In this document: piece after piece, positions 51,241 to 63,770 of the stretch | Layout: each line of letters begins with the position of its first letter | How positions within the stretch are numbered: position 1 is the stretch's first letter | Origin: Podarcis tiliguerta | Lineage: Eukaryota | Reading direction: 5' to 3' (one strand) | NCBI GenBank assembly: GCA_965153285.1 | Contig: OZ229117.1 | Length of the DNA: 64,000 nucleotides | Program-made: the position numbers and the translations under genes | Notes under the pieces: model-generated | The model's input: only the letters and a program-made list of their open reading frames with translations | Database searches by the model: none | What the model was told of the DNA's origin: nothing

Positions 51241-54200
51241 AAGATCGGTCATGATAAGAGGTGCCCTGGTTCAATGAAAAATACTCTTATCTTGCCGATC
51301 TCTGGGGCCCAGCTGTCCCTGATATTATTATTATTATGAAAGGATTTTTTTAAAATAAAAAATTACATTAATACTAATCTCATGTGTCTTGCCCTTCCTG
51401 CAAGAACCTCAGGGTGGTGTGTGTGTGATTCTGTTTTGACAAACTTGTAAGGTAGGTTAAGTGGAGAAGCAGGGACTGTCCCGAGATTGCGTCATGGCTG
51501 AGTGGTGATTTGAACCCAGTTCTCCCTGCTGTTGACATTCCAACCACTATCACATCTGGGTGCTGATGGAAAAAATGATAGTTATTTGTTCTCACGTATT
51601 TTTATCCCATGTCTCTTTTGATCCACTCCATAATGCTGTGCTCCATTCACATTTTCATCAGCCTGACCTACCTCAGATGGTTCTGAGGATAAATGTGGTA
51701 GTTGCGGGGGATGGGGGGGACGGGACCGGGCACCCCTACCCTTTCAGGAAAGGTCAGGTATAGATGCAGTAAATAATAAGCACAATAACCCCACAATGAA
51801 TTTGTTTCTCATTGTTCTCACAGTTTTGGGAATGACTGCCCTGTGCCACATGCGAATTTTGTGCCGTCTTCATATTCAGTATTGATTATCTTGCTTTTCT
51901 ATGAGTATGAACCCTCTCTAGCAAAAGCGGAGAACCTTTGACCCTCCAGATGTTGCTGAACCACAGCTCCCTTCATCCCTGAGCAATGGCCATGTGTGCT
52001 GGGCCTGATGGGAGTTGGAGTTCAACAGCATCTGGAGGACCATAGCTTCCCTGCCGTTGGCTCTAGGATGCCTTTGATTAACAGCCTGGTATGTTTTGTG
52101 AGCAAAAAAAAAAAAATCCTCTCCAAACGTATGATTAGCCACTGTGCTAATGGGTGTGGCAGGGGGAAAGAGGGCAGGCTAGCTGGTTCATGGCAGGCTT
52201 GGGAGCCTGATAGAAGGTTTTGAATATTTCCTGCAGATATCTCTCCCCCCCCCCCCCCGATTCAGTTCATACTCTTAATGTTGCAGGGGAATAAAGTGGC
52301 TTTGGTAATATCCCACACCTTTGTCTTGCCTCTTTTTTTCAGGTCTCCTGATGCAAAGGTGCAAATCAGGCGAAATTTGTGTTAAAATGTGAGAGAGTTC
52401 AAGAGGGCCTTAAAAATAAATAAATAGTTGTTGAATGTGGCAAACTGAATTTAAGATTAGAAACAGGAGAATCGGAAAGGAAGTGAGATTGACAGATTCA
52501 CCCATCCTACCTTTTGCCCTTTCCACCATTTTGTAAAATGTCTGCTTGTGTCCACTCATTTGGCCTATAAATGTAGCTTTCTTTTCTTTCCTTCTTCTGT
52601 TTTTCAGGTGTAGTTTGCACGGCTTTCCTAAGGCACACATGGAAGTTGCTCACCAAATGAATGGAAGTGGATGGAGGCATGGCACCACCATCTTTTTTTT
52701 AAGAAAGCTGAATCCTTGGCCACCCCATCTAGGGAACTCCTAGGTTGCTCTAGTGAAGAGAATGCGAAAGCATCTTGCTTCCAACAGTAGCCCAACTGCC
52801 ACCATTAGGAAGCCCGCAATCAGGACATTAAGGGAATTGTCCTGTCCGGTTGATGTCTGTAGCATCTAATACTGAGATATACTGCCTCTGAAACTGGGAG
52901 TTCCTTTTTCTTTATTTATATATTTTTAACCTGCCCTTCCTCCCAAAGTAGCCCAGAGCGGTAAACACAAAAGTGATTAAACAAAAAGAAAAAACATATT
53001 AAAAAACCTCAAAAGCATTAAAAAAAAATAAATCTAAAATGATCCATGTAGCTATTGATTGATCTATCTCCTATGCCATGGAATAACGCTTAGGACAACT
53101 TTCCTTTTGCAACCTGTTGGTGTCCTTACATTTTGGACTACAACTCCCATCAGCCCTGGCCAACATAATAATTAGGGATGTTGGCTTTTGTTGATTGCTA
53201 TATATTGTCTGGTTTGGTATTTGTTTTTTTATGTTTTTAAAACCAATAAAGCATTAAAAATAATAATAATTAGGATGTTGGGAATTGTAGTCCAAATCAT
53301 CTGGTGGATGTCAGGTTGGGGAATGGTGGCATAGGAGAAAAGCACTAGATGAAGAATGATTATCAGCTTTTCTCATTAAATAAGGTAGCTTAGTGTTGTT
53401 TTGTTTTGCTGTTTCTAGAAATGTCCTATAGGTGACAGAACAGCATTTGGAAGCTCAAGAGTAAAATAACTTCTTCACTGTATCCAGAATAATAAATTCT
53501 TTATTATATCTGATATAATGTAAGTTTCCCCACAGGGATCTGGGAGGCCACTGTGAGGACTAAGGGGGCCAGAAGCCTGATCTCTCCATATGAGGCTTTA
53601 ATTATGGTTTTGATTCTGTCTTTAATGTATTAGTTATAATGATACCTCATCATTCCCCTGAGGAGCTTAAGGTGGTGTGCATGATTCTCTTCCTCCCCAT
53701 CTTGTGCCCCACAACAACCACGGGAGGTAGGTTAGGCCCAGAGACCTTGACCCAATGAATCTTCATGGCCGAGTGGGGAATCGAACCCTGGTCTCTCAGG
53801 TCGTAGTCTAGCACTCTAGCTATTACAGCACCACACTGGATCTCGTTAGAGAGGGGGGGAAATGGCTTAGATTTTTCTGCCCAGGTTTGTTTGGGGAATT
53901 TCCAAATGAAAGCAGAACACAGAAGCCGCTGTTTTCCCTATCTGCGTCTACATCTAAAGTGCCGCCTTGATTACACTTTAGAGCACAATCCATCTTCAGA
54001 GGTGAATTTATAGAGAATCTTTATGAGGAAGAACAGCCATTGATTTGTTCTGAGCTTGCGGACGAAGCCAAGAGCCGACTCTTCGATTGGCTAAAATTTA
54101 CTTAACTCCGTTAGCATTTTTAAGACGGGAGGCTTGTTTTACGCGGGACGGACTTCCTGCACAACTAGGAGCGGTGAGTGATGTTGACGGCAGAGGCAGA

Positions 54201-56811
54201 AGCGCCTGCTAAGTGTTTAAATGATGACACCATTATGTGAAGTGATTTTTGAAATGAGAAGATTTCGGCCCAGAATTACCGCGGCTCTCTCATCTCCTTT
54301 TCAAATCTTTACTTTGCCGGCTACGCGGATGATGATTGATTTGTTTGTGACAGATTGCAGGAAACAGCCATTGATTTTTCAATATTTTTACCTTAAAATT
54401 ATTTACAGTTGTAACCATGGGGATGTATTTCCATGGGCTGTTGGCTTCTGAAAGACGAGGGATAATATTCCCTGGTCCCTGACAAGACAAATTACCTGTA
54501 ATGAGTTCAGTAGCTGAAGGGTATGCTTTTATTTTAAAATATGTCAATAACCTCAGTGACTAAACGAATATTGATTCAGCATAATGAAGCCTGAGTAATG
54601 TGAAAATGAGCTCTTCAGGGGTAGGCAAAGGGGGAAGGCTATCCCCCTCCTTTTTCTTTCCCTTGCTTACAGCAATGACGCTTTTCATTCTTTATGGCTA
54701 GCTGTCGAAAAATATGCAGCGTTATAAACAAGTCACTGGCTGTTAAACAATAGAGGGAATAAACGGAGGCTCTCGACCCCAAAGGCTGGTATGCGCAATG
54801 CATTTCTAAGATAGCAAGAACAGTCTCGGAAGTCGGTTCTCTGTCTTAGAGCAACGCTCTGTATATGGAAGCTTCAACCAAAATTGCATTCGCCGCACAA
54901 AACCTGAAATGCTAGGGACTCATTAAGATCTGTTCTTCAGGGCAAATATTTGGGCAAAATTTAGTCTGTGTGTCCAGGAAAGAGAGGGAAGTGTAGAAGT
55001 CCAAAAACAGCTTCTCCAAGTTGCCGTTTTCTCCTCCTGCCACCCTGTTTTGTGGTTAAAGTGTTGGACAAGACTTGGGAGACCAAGTTTGAATCCCTAC
55101 TTGGCCATGAAGCTTGGGGCAGTTACTGCCTCTCAGCCTAACCTACCTCACAGGGTGGTTGTGGGGATTAAAATGAGGAAGGGGGAGAACCATGCACGTC
55201 ACCTTTTGCTCCTTGGAGAAAAAGGCTGGAGAGAAATGCAATTAATAAAACAATAAACTAGTCTCAGCAGGTGCTGGTAGGTAGCTGTAGTACTTTGTCC
55301 CCACTTCTCCTGCCCTGCCCATCAGAACCCTGCATATGCCACGCAGATGGTGCTGGACTCCAGTCCTCCCTCATCCTCAGTCAGCATGGCCAAAGGCCAA
55401 ATGTGATGGAAACAGTACAATCCACCAACATCTGGAGGGCTACGAATCCTCCATCCCTGCCCAACAACAACAACCACCACCGCCCTGTGAAGGCCATTAT
55501 TGCTATCTCCATTATACAGGTGGAAGCTGGAGCCTGGCACATGGTGGTTTACCAAGGCAACCTTCCTCAGTTTGCAGGAAGTCTCAGTTTCAGTCACCTG
55601 CATCTTCCGGTCAGGTTGGACATGTCCTTTGTCTGAATCCCTGTTGGGGCCACTGACAGCCCATGCAGACAATGTCAGTCAAGATGGCCTGATGTAGCAT
55701 AAGGCAGCTTCCTCCATTGCTAAAGATACTGCATCAAGTGCCATGGATGTCTGCTTTGTATTGTACACTCAGGTGCTTATTAAACACTGGTCCATAAAAA
55801 TAATCTGTCAGCTGCTCATTTAAGATGTCCCCCCCTTTTTCATCACTTGTCCAATCCAGTTTTGCTTCCATAACATTGGCATTTTATTTTTCAAAAATCA
55901 ACCTTCAATGGTTATATTCCCCTTCCTGCCCGGCAGTTATTAGAAAGAAAAAGATTCCTTAATAATACAAGCTGCCTCTAGTTTCTTCTCTCTCTCCTTC
56001 CAAAATGAATTCTTTTTTTATTTGTCATGTAGGAAAGGCTCCTATATCTATGGGCTGGTGACAACAGCTGGTGCCACAGACTTCGTACATAATTCAAAAA
56101 TAGTGGAAGCATTTCTCCCTCTCCTCTGCTTTATTTTCTGTGTGCACACATTTCATTTCCAGTGTGGTTCCGTTTGCCTTCATTTGATCTGATCGCTGCT
56201 TTGACCTGTCATATTTTATCTTGGTGTCCTTTAGAAGGACCATATGCCACTTCCCTTAGTTACCTTGTGTGGTAGAAAAGGGGAAGTAAATTATTCCTGA
56301 GAAATTGCTGCCAGGCTTTCCTCTTCAGTGTGTGGAGCTCTAAAAGGCTACGGGCACCCATTCACCCAGGTTCAACCCTTGAGCATTAAATGGTTGTGCA
56401 TAGGTGTTGTGGGACTGCTGGAGATGCACCCGACGGATTTGTGTTGTTCCCTGCCAGACTCATCTGCCATAAGCCCAAGCATTCAAGACGGGAAAGTCCC
56501 AAGGGAATAAATGGGGATACAGCTTAAGGAAGAATTATGGTTTGTACTGATCTCAGTATTTGAAAGGAGCTCTGTTAGATCCATTTTGCACTGCACCATA
56601 GGCACTAGGGTGTTTGCAGTTGAAAAAACCTGTAAAGTAAGAAGGAGCAGAACAAACTCTTAAAATCCTGATGGATGTGCACAAGGAAGTTATGATATCT
56701 GGAGATATCCCCACTTTCTACAGATGCCTTTCTCCCCTTTGAACTTGATCTCCTTTCTTCTAAAAGCACCAGTCAGATGTTGTAACGGAAATCCTGTGTT
56801 TTACGAGAACC

Positions 56812-57140
56812 CTTGAGCTTGCCAATCAGAAGGTCAGCTCTTCGAATCCCTGTGACAGGGTGAGCTCCCATTGCTCGGTCCCAGCTCCTGCCAACCTAGC
56901 AGTTCAAAAGCACGTCAAAGTGCAAGTAGATAAATAGGTACCACTGTGGCGGGAAGTTAAATGGTGTTTCTGTGTGCTGCTCTGGTTTGCCAGAAGCAGT
57001 TTAGTCATGCTGGCCACATGACCCGGAAAAACTGTCTGTGGACAAATGTTGGCTCCCTTGGCCAGTAAAGTGAGATTAGCGCCACAACCCCAGAGTCGTT
57101 CGTGACTGGACTTAACTGTCAGGGGTCCTTTACCTTTTTT
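56812..57140 (+). mobile_element. Sauria SINE (lacertid-type)
   Basis: Collinear with 17864-18176; ends CAGGGGTCCTTTACCTTT. Confidence 0.9.
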
Positions 57141-57149
57141 TAATAACAT

Positions 57150-57790
57150 CAGTGGCCCATCTAGTACAGCATCCTGTTCTTATAGTGGCCAACCACATCC
57201 CTGTGGGAAACTCTCAAGCAGGATTTGACCACAAAAGCACTCTCACCACCTGTGGTTTCCAGCAACTCATATTCAGAAGCATTGCTGCCTTCCAACTGCG
57301 GAGACAGAGCATAGACATCATGGCTAGTACCTATCAATAGCCCTCTCCTCCATGAATTTGTCTAATCCTCTCTTAAAACCACCTAGGTTGATGGCCTCCT
57401 GTGGGGGTGAGGTCCACTGTTTTATTTGCTGCATAAAGAAGGACATTTTCTGTCCTAGGTCTTCTAACACTCAGCTTCATAGGATCTTTCTGAGTTCTGG
57501 TGTTATGAGAGAGGGTGAATACCTTTTCTCTGTCTGCTTTCTCCCTGCCCTAGGAGCCAACTCCTAGGGGCCGAGGACCCTTCAGCCCCCCCTAAAATAT
57601 TTGAGGGGGCTGTCCTGCCAAAGTTGATGGGAATTGCCATTCAAATGGTGTGTGCGCCACTTCTTGTGATCGATTATAATGGGGCAGGGTTTACCTACCT
57701 GCCCCTCCCCCCAATATTTTATTCAGGTTGGCACCCCTGCATAATTTTATAAACATCTGTCTGTCATACCTTTTATCTGAACTAAAATGT
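57150..57790 (-). mobile_element. CR1 LINE 3' fragment with nested short DNA element (~57550-57739)
   Basis: Minus strand encodes a degenerate ORF2 end (GFKRGLDKFMEERAIDRY*) plus 3' UTR. The insert has TAGGAGCCAAC / GTTGGCACCCCTG ends. Confidence 0.8.
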
Positions 57791-57814
57791 CCCAAAGTGA
57801 TATGAGACAGTAAG

Positions 57815-58158
57815 TGAACCAGAACTCAGACGTTCTTAAAAATGTGCACTTCTCTGGAATTTGCAATGCAGTTCTCCAGCCACGTGTCGCGTACCAAAAT
57901 TCCTATACTAAGGTAAAGTATGCATAAAATGGCACATATCGGTGAAAATAAAGTGCAAAAATGCATTATAGTCGAGAAAATTGCTTTGCAAAAAATGTAT
58001 ATTGGGCAAAATTGTGTACACAAATGTGTGAATTAAGGGAAACCTGCACTAAAATCTGAAGTTTTTAATGGGGACTTTTAAAAAACTGAAAATGTGGATA
58101 AAAAACTAAATGTGGAGAAACTTAGAGAAGCTTAAATTGACCCATTTGCCTATCCCTA
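57815..58158 (-). mobile_element. Inverted partial copy of the TAGGGATGGG-ended family
   Basis: Ends ...GCCTATCCCTA. Internal blocks are reverse complements of those in 44271-44668. Confidence 0.6.
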
Positions 58159-60643
58159 AATCTTGTGTTGGGCAGGTAGCAACATGGGTGGGAAGGAAAT
58201 TTTTGAGAAATTGGAGGACCAGTTTCAGCACAGCAGTAAATCAGTTTTGCCCCATGAAAAATGGTAAAATTCAATGAGTTATCCTTAGCCACTTCTTAAT
58301 TGGTAGCCATGGGAAGAAGGTACTGGTAAGTGTTAGCACTTCCTTGCTCCAAATCTGAATCCTGCAATGCCAGGAGTTAATAGCAGATGCTGCCTTGGGA
58401 TTCATGACTGATCATCTCTTTCCATCAACCTAAGATTTGAGCTTTGCCTGAAGTCTAGAGTCTTCAATTGCCACACACGGTCTATTTTTAATCCCCTTCC
58501 AGAAAACAACTTTGAAATGGTTTGCTCCTGCTGCTGCTTAATCTTCCATGTGTGGTTCAATGGACGTACCATGTAGTTATCCCTAATTAAACCTGCGTAA
58601 CACTAGACTTGTGTGTTTCATATATAGCATAGGAAAGGGCTGCATTAGGTCAGAGACTCAAAATCGTACCTCTGAGTGCACATAATGACCCGGCATTAGC
58701 GTTTAGGTTTGCAATGCTGTTTATTTAGCAACTCAAGATAGAAAACAAAATGTAATCTTGGAGCAGACAGAATCCATTTTATATATATATAAATACTCCA
58801 AATAATAGGTTGGTTTCTCCCAGACTTCCTGGCTCTACAATGATTGCTGTATTCTGTGTGAATATTTCTAGATCTCAAACATTTTTGACTTGCTTGCCTT
58901 ACTGTCTATTTTTGCTACACACACACACACACACACACACACTGTGTGTGTGTGTTTCGACAGGACCCACAAAATACCTTTTTCAAACCAGGAACTATAA
59001 ATTCAACTTCAGCACTCTTCTAATTCAGGTTGGAGTGAACAAAGTGTAATGCACTTGAGAATGTTGATGTGGCCGTTCTTCTTTGTTAAGTCTTAAGACG
59101 GGTGGGGACCTTTGGGCCTCCAGATAGTGTTGGACTCCTGTTCCCATCAGCCCTTGCCAGCATGTCCAATGGTTATATTCAGTTGATCAGCCAGAGTGGC
59201 TTGCAAGCCAGTAGAAAGGACACCACCCATGCCCTCAGGTGTGCAATATAAAAAGAACATGACACAAAAGGGAAAAGGGATGAGGAGGGAAGAGAAAAGC
59301 AAGCAAATTCAGGCACCACATTATTAAAGTTAGAAAGTTCCAATAATAACCAGCTGTTAAGGAAACAGGTTGCTCACAGTTCAGGAAATAGGCCTTGCCA
59401 GGCTCCCGAGAAACAATCTGCCTAACCAACCTTCCTAGAGGTGGATATAATGTAGCTGGAAACTGTTGACCTTACAGCAGGGGAGTCTTTTGCAGTGAAC
59501 CTTCCCCACTTTTCCCAGCTTTAAAAATGTCTTTATTTTGATTATGGGGCGGCTGGGCCACCTACCACCTTAATTTCCCGAAAGCATCTATGCATATTAA
59601 ATTTGCACCCACAACTTTGATGCAAATGTTTGTGTCATGACCTAATGCTGTGAGTCCTTTAAGTATCCAGCATCATCCCTCCCTTTCAGAGTAGGGCAGG
59701 GGTGGGGAACCTCAGGCTTGCAGGTGGGTCAAATGTGTCTCCCACCCTGGCTCTCTCGATCCAGCCCCCACAAGGAATGCCCATCACTGAGTGATCTTGC
59801 CTGTCTGGAATGTGTCCTCCTTCATATTGTCATTCATATTAATTATTTTACATTGATACATTTCTCCCAAAGATCTCAAAGCATTATGCATGGTGCTCCC
59901 CCAGGTCCTTGTTTTATCCCCACAACATTTTTTTTTTTTAAAAAAAATGCACAATACACTGTTTTAATTGATACAGCTCCATTTATGTACACGACACACT
60001 GCAGTGTAAGCATAAGAAGAAGGCAGCTCCCTGTCCCAAAGTGTCTGCAATTCAAATAAATTTAAAGATAATTCTGCTCTCACTGAACAGAAAAACAGTA
60101 CAGTATATGTTAGGAACCTACAAAAGCACCGATGCCATAGTGATGCAAAACTGAGAAAATACCAATGCACACAATTTCCAAAAGTGCCATGCGCACAGAA
60201 CTTAAATAATAGGCTTTCTTAGACCTCAGAGTATGAGAAGAAGTAACCCATGACCTTCACCAGGGCTGGGCGAACACTGGATGCCACTGAATTCCCAACA
60301 GTTTTAAACTCATTTTAATACTGTAACTCACCCTGGGACCTTGGGCTAAGGAATCGAACTAATGCTCTTATTGGCAACAACAGCAACCCTGTGAAGTAGG
60401 CGATACTGAGACACAGTGGTCTGCATCCATGTTCTACTCAAAGTCAACCAATTGTAACGAATGGACCTAAGTTAGTCATGCCCATTCATTTCAATGAGAC
60501 AACTCTGCACAGAATGAGAAGGGTTTATCCTCACACATCATCTGAATATACCTTGACCTGGGAGAGACCAGGGTTCAAATCCTCACTGAGTGACCGGTCA
60601 CTATCTCTCAGCCTAACCTGAGAGGCAGTAACTAACCTAACAG

Positions 60644-60914
60644 GCAGAGGCAGCCCGTCCCATTTCAACACCCGAGGCAAAATGGGAATGTGCTGCCTCT
60701 CCCCGCCCCCCACTGCCACACCTCATCCCCATCATTTCCACTGCTGGTGGAATGCCTCCCCTCTCACCAAACTTGATGAGAGCTGGGGTGTTCCACAAGG
60801 CACTGCCATTCATTGGAACGCCTCCCTCTTGCCAGTGAGAGATGGGGCATTCTGGTGGGGTGGGCAGGGCACTGCCTCTTATACTTCTGCCACTTGAGGT
60901 GGGTTGGCTCTGCT
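60644..60914. mobile_element. Short TIR element nested in a MIR-like SINE
   Basis: GCAGAGGCAGCCCGTCC / GGTGGGTTGGCTCTGC imperfect inverted ends. SINE sequence resumes on both sides. Confidence 0.5.
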
Positions 60915-61809
60915 CAGCAAGTAGTTGTAGGGATGAAATGAGGGGGAAGAACTGTGTGCGCCACCTTGAGCTCCTTGGAGAAAGAGGAGGGATTGAAATG
61001 CAATAAATGCAATATATAAATAGGCTGCTAATCCTTGCATGTTTTGTTCCCACTTCAGCTAAAATGCAGGCTCTCTTGCTGATTCATCCTGAACATTAGC
61101 AAGTGCCCTCAGGTGTACTCAGTAAGAAAGATGCAGCAAAGCTCTGGCCTGCACAGTTAATTAAACTCTCTTGCAGTCTTTTTGGGTAGCTGAAAGATTG
61201 TCATAGTTCCAGAGGCCGGGGTGGATTTTCTCTGGGGCTAGAAGTCAGCAGTGGGACATAATGAAAATGTTCAAAAGATGTTTAATGCTTTGCCGATCTT
61301 AGGGTGTAAGTAGGTTCATACGGGGAAAGACAGTCCTCAAAGTATTGGGGTCCTGAGCCAAACAAAGCTTTATAAGTCAAAATTAGCACTTTGCTAGCAC
61401 AAGACCAGTCTGAAGTCATCTATGAATGGAGACTGCAGGATGGTAATTCCAGCTTTAGTCAAGATTGCCATGCAGGAATGTCCTTAACATTTCAGGCAGC
61501 TTCTGATCCTCCTATGTTTATAGAGTTCTGCTATATAACAGGGCAGAACCTGGAATGAACGCTTGCTCTCTGAGAACAGTTTTAACCACATTCAGTCTTT
61601 TTCAGTTCCGGCTGTCAAAAAAGTATTCTGCTCACATCCACAGACTCACATCCACTGTGTTCTAGCGTCAATAAATGTGATGCAATCCTTTAATTACTCA
61701 CTTTGCCTGGGAACTAATTTAGAAAGCATTGTGTCTTAAAGTTCAAAAACAAAGAGGCCAACAATGAAAACATACACCCAAAAATTGAATTTGGGTATTC
61801 TGCTATATA

Positions 61810-61997
61810 ACAGGACAGATAAAAGAAAGCACTTCACACAGTGCAGAGTTAAATTGTGGGACTTGCTCCCACAAGAAGCAGGAACGGTCACCAACTTGGA
61901 TGGGTTTAAAAAAGGATTGGACAAATTCACAGAGGATAAGGCTATCAGTGCCTACTAGCCATGATGCCTGTGTTCTACCTCCACCGACAGAGGCAGA
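61810..61997 (+). mobile_element. CR1 LINE ORF2 C-terminal fragment
   Basis: RTDKRKHFTQCRVKLWDLLPQEAGTVTNLDGFKKGLDKFTEDKAISAY* matches the CR1 ORF2 end. Confidence 0.85.
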
Positions 61998-63370
61998 ATT
62001 AACCTGCACCTCCACGGACAGCTGTGAGTCCAAAATGACCCCAAGGCTGTGCACCTGATCCTTTAGGGGCACAGTTACCTCATTCAGGACCAGGGAGTCC
62101 CTCCCCTACCTGTCTGCCCCCTGTCTTGTTAGGATTCAACCCTAGTCTGTTGACTACCATCCATCCTCCAACCACCTTCAGACACATTCACCGCTGTCAG
62201 GGCTGGCTCCGGGTCCCAGCTCACCAAGGACCAACGCTAGCCGATAGTATAGTATCAAAGTCTTTATTGAAGAATAGTTTCCATTTCAAAGCCTCAGCGT
62301 CCCAGCTCTACGTCTGAACTTTAGACCGGCGAAGCTCCATCTGAGTCTTCCCCCCCTGCGCACCAGCTTAACACTCTAATCTTACTCCACCTCTTCCTTC
62401 TCTCTCTCTTCCTTTGGGTCCTACTACCCCCCGGTGTCTCCTCCCTCCTGGACTCTTCTGAAGCAGATGTTGAGCCCTCTGACTCTTCCCCCTCTCTTCG
62501 GCGGGCTTTAGGACCTGGCTCCCTACCTGGGCTGCCCACCTTGCCGCCTTCCTGTACATTTGAACTTGGCGCGCGCGCGCGTTTAACTTTCCTGATGACC
62601 GTTTCCTCGCTCACCGACGAGGGTGTGGTCGCTCCTGCCTCACGTTCTCCCGCTGCCCGCGCGCCACCTGATCCCGATGCTTGGGACTCCTCCCCCCTAC
62701 TGCCCTCTGGGGGGGACGCTGGTCCGGATTTCCAGCTGCTACTCTCTGAGTCCCCTCTGGCCCCTTCTTCCTGAGGTGCCCCCCTGGGCACTCCCCTTGC
62801 CCTGACCATGGGGGCCCCTTTCTGTGAATCTTCCGAGTCACTGGAGAGACTCAGAGACCTTGGACTGCTGTCTTCGCTGACATTTCCTTCAGACTCCTCC
62901 TCCTCGCTCTCCATTTCCTCCCTCTCCTGTGACTCTGCTCCTGAACCCCTGACAACCGCCTTCACTGGTTCTGATTTAAATGAGAGCTAGAGCTGGGTAT
63001 CATCTGCATATTGGTGAGCACCCAGCCCAACTCACCTGATGATCTCTCCCAGTGGCTTCATTTATATGTTAAAAAGTATGGGGAGAGGATGGAGCCCCAT
63101 GCACCCCACAACTGAGCACCCAGGGGTCTGAACACACATCCCCCAACACTCCTTTCCAGATATGGCCCATGAGAAAGGAGTGGAACCACTGCATAACCAG
63201 TGCCCCCAGTGCCAGTACTGTGTACCCTTGAGTACCTCCAGAAAAAAGTACCTGTGCTCCCAACTCCCAACCCTCCTAGATGATCAAGGAGGATACCGTA
63301 GTTGATGGTATCAAAAGCTGCTGAGAGTTCCTGCAGAACCAGGAAACATCTTTCTGATTTTGCTGGGTCT
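61998..63370 (-). mobile_element. L2-clade LINE reverse transcriptase fragment (decayed), interrupted by a solo LTR
   Basis: Motifs LVLQELSAAFDTI, GSILSP, HQYADDTQL* (~63020-62987), RLNPNKT-like and LGVILDSQLS, with stops and frameshifts. Confidence 0.85.
62195..62954 (-). mobile_element. Solo LTR (Gypsy- or ERV-like), 760 bp
   Basis: TG...CA termini with 8-bp inverted repeat TGTCAGGG/CCCTGACA. 5-bp TSD ACCGC at 62190-62194 and 62955-62959. Minus-strand AATAAA at 62268-62263. Confidence 0.88.
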
Positions 63371-63689
63371 CTAGTAAGTTTAAATGCTTTACTTACACAA
63401 CTTCCAAAGGTCAGATTCATGTGTTATTCCTTTCAGCAGCTAGAAGCACACAGGTAGAAATACAAAATATAGTAAAATGGATCTAAGCAAATGGTCTGAG
63501 CTTGTAGTGATCAAGATCTGGTGTGTCCTATCTCATTGAGATGACATGGTGAAAGAAAATGAACAAAGAAAAAAACTTAACTTCCTTCCAGGTGAGGGGT
63601 GTGACGTAGCTAAGTCTAGGAATACAGATCTATGACTGCAACCCCTTCATGCACTGACTACTGCTATGCAAGTTGCTTATATTTAACTG

Positions 63690-63770
63690 TAATATCCCAT
63701 CGACATCTAGTTGGCCACTGGACTAGATAGGCTATTGGCCTGATCCAGGAGGCTCTTCTTATGTCCTTAT
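63690..63770 (+). mobile_element. CR1 3' UTR terminal fragment
   Basis: GTTGGCCACTG...GGACTAGATAGG...TTGGCCTGATCCAGGAGGCTCTTCTTATGTCCTTAT. Confidence 0.7.

Noticed and set aside
58917-58954. (CA)n directly followed by (TG)n, forming a hairpin
   Set aside because: A common microsatellite configuration with no evidence of function.
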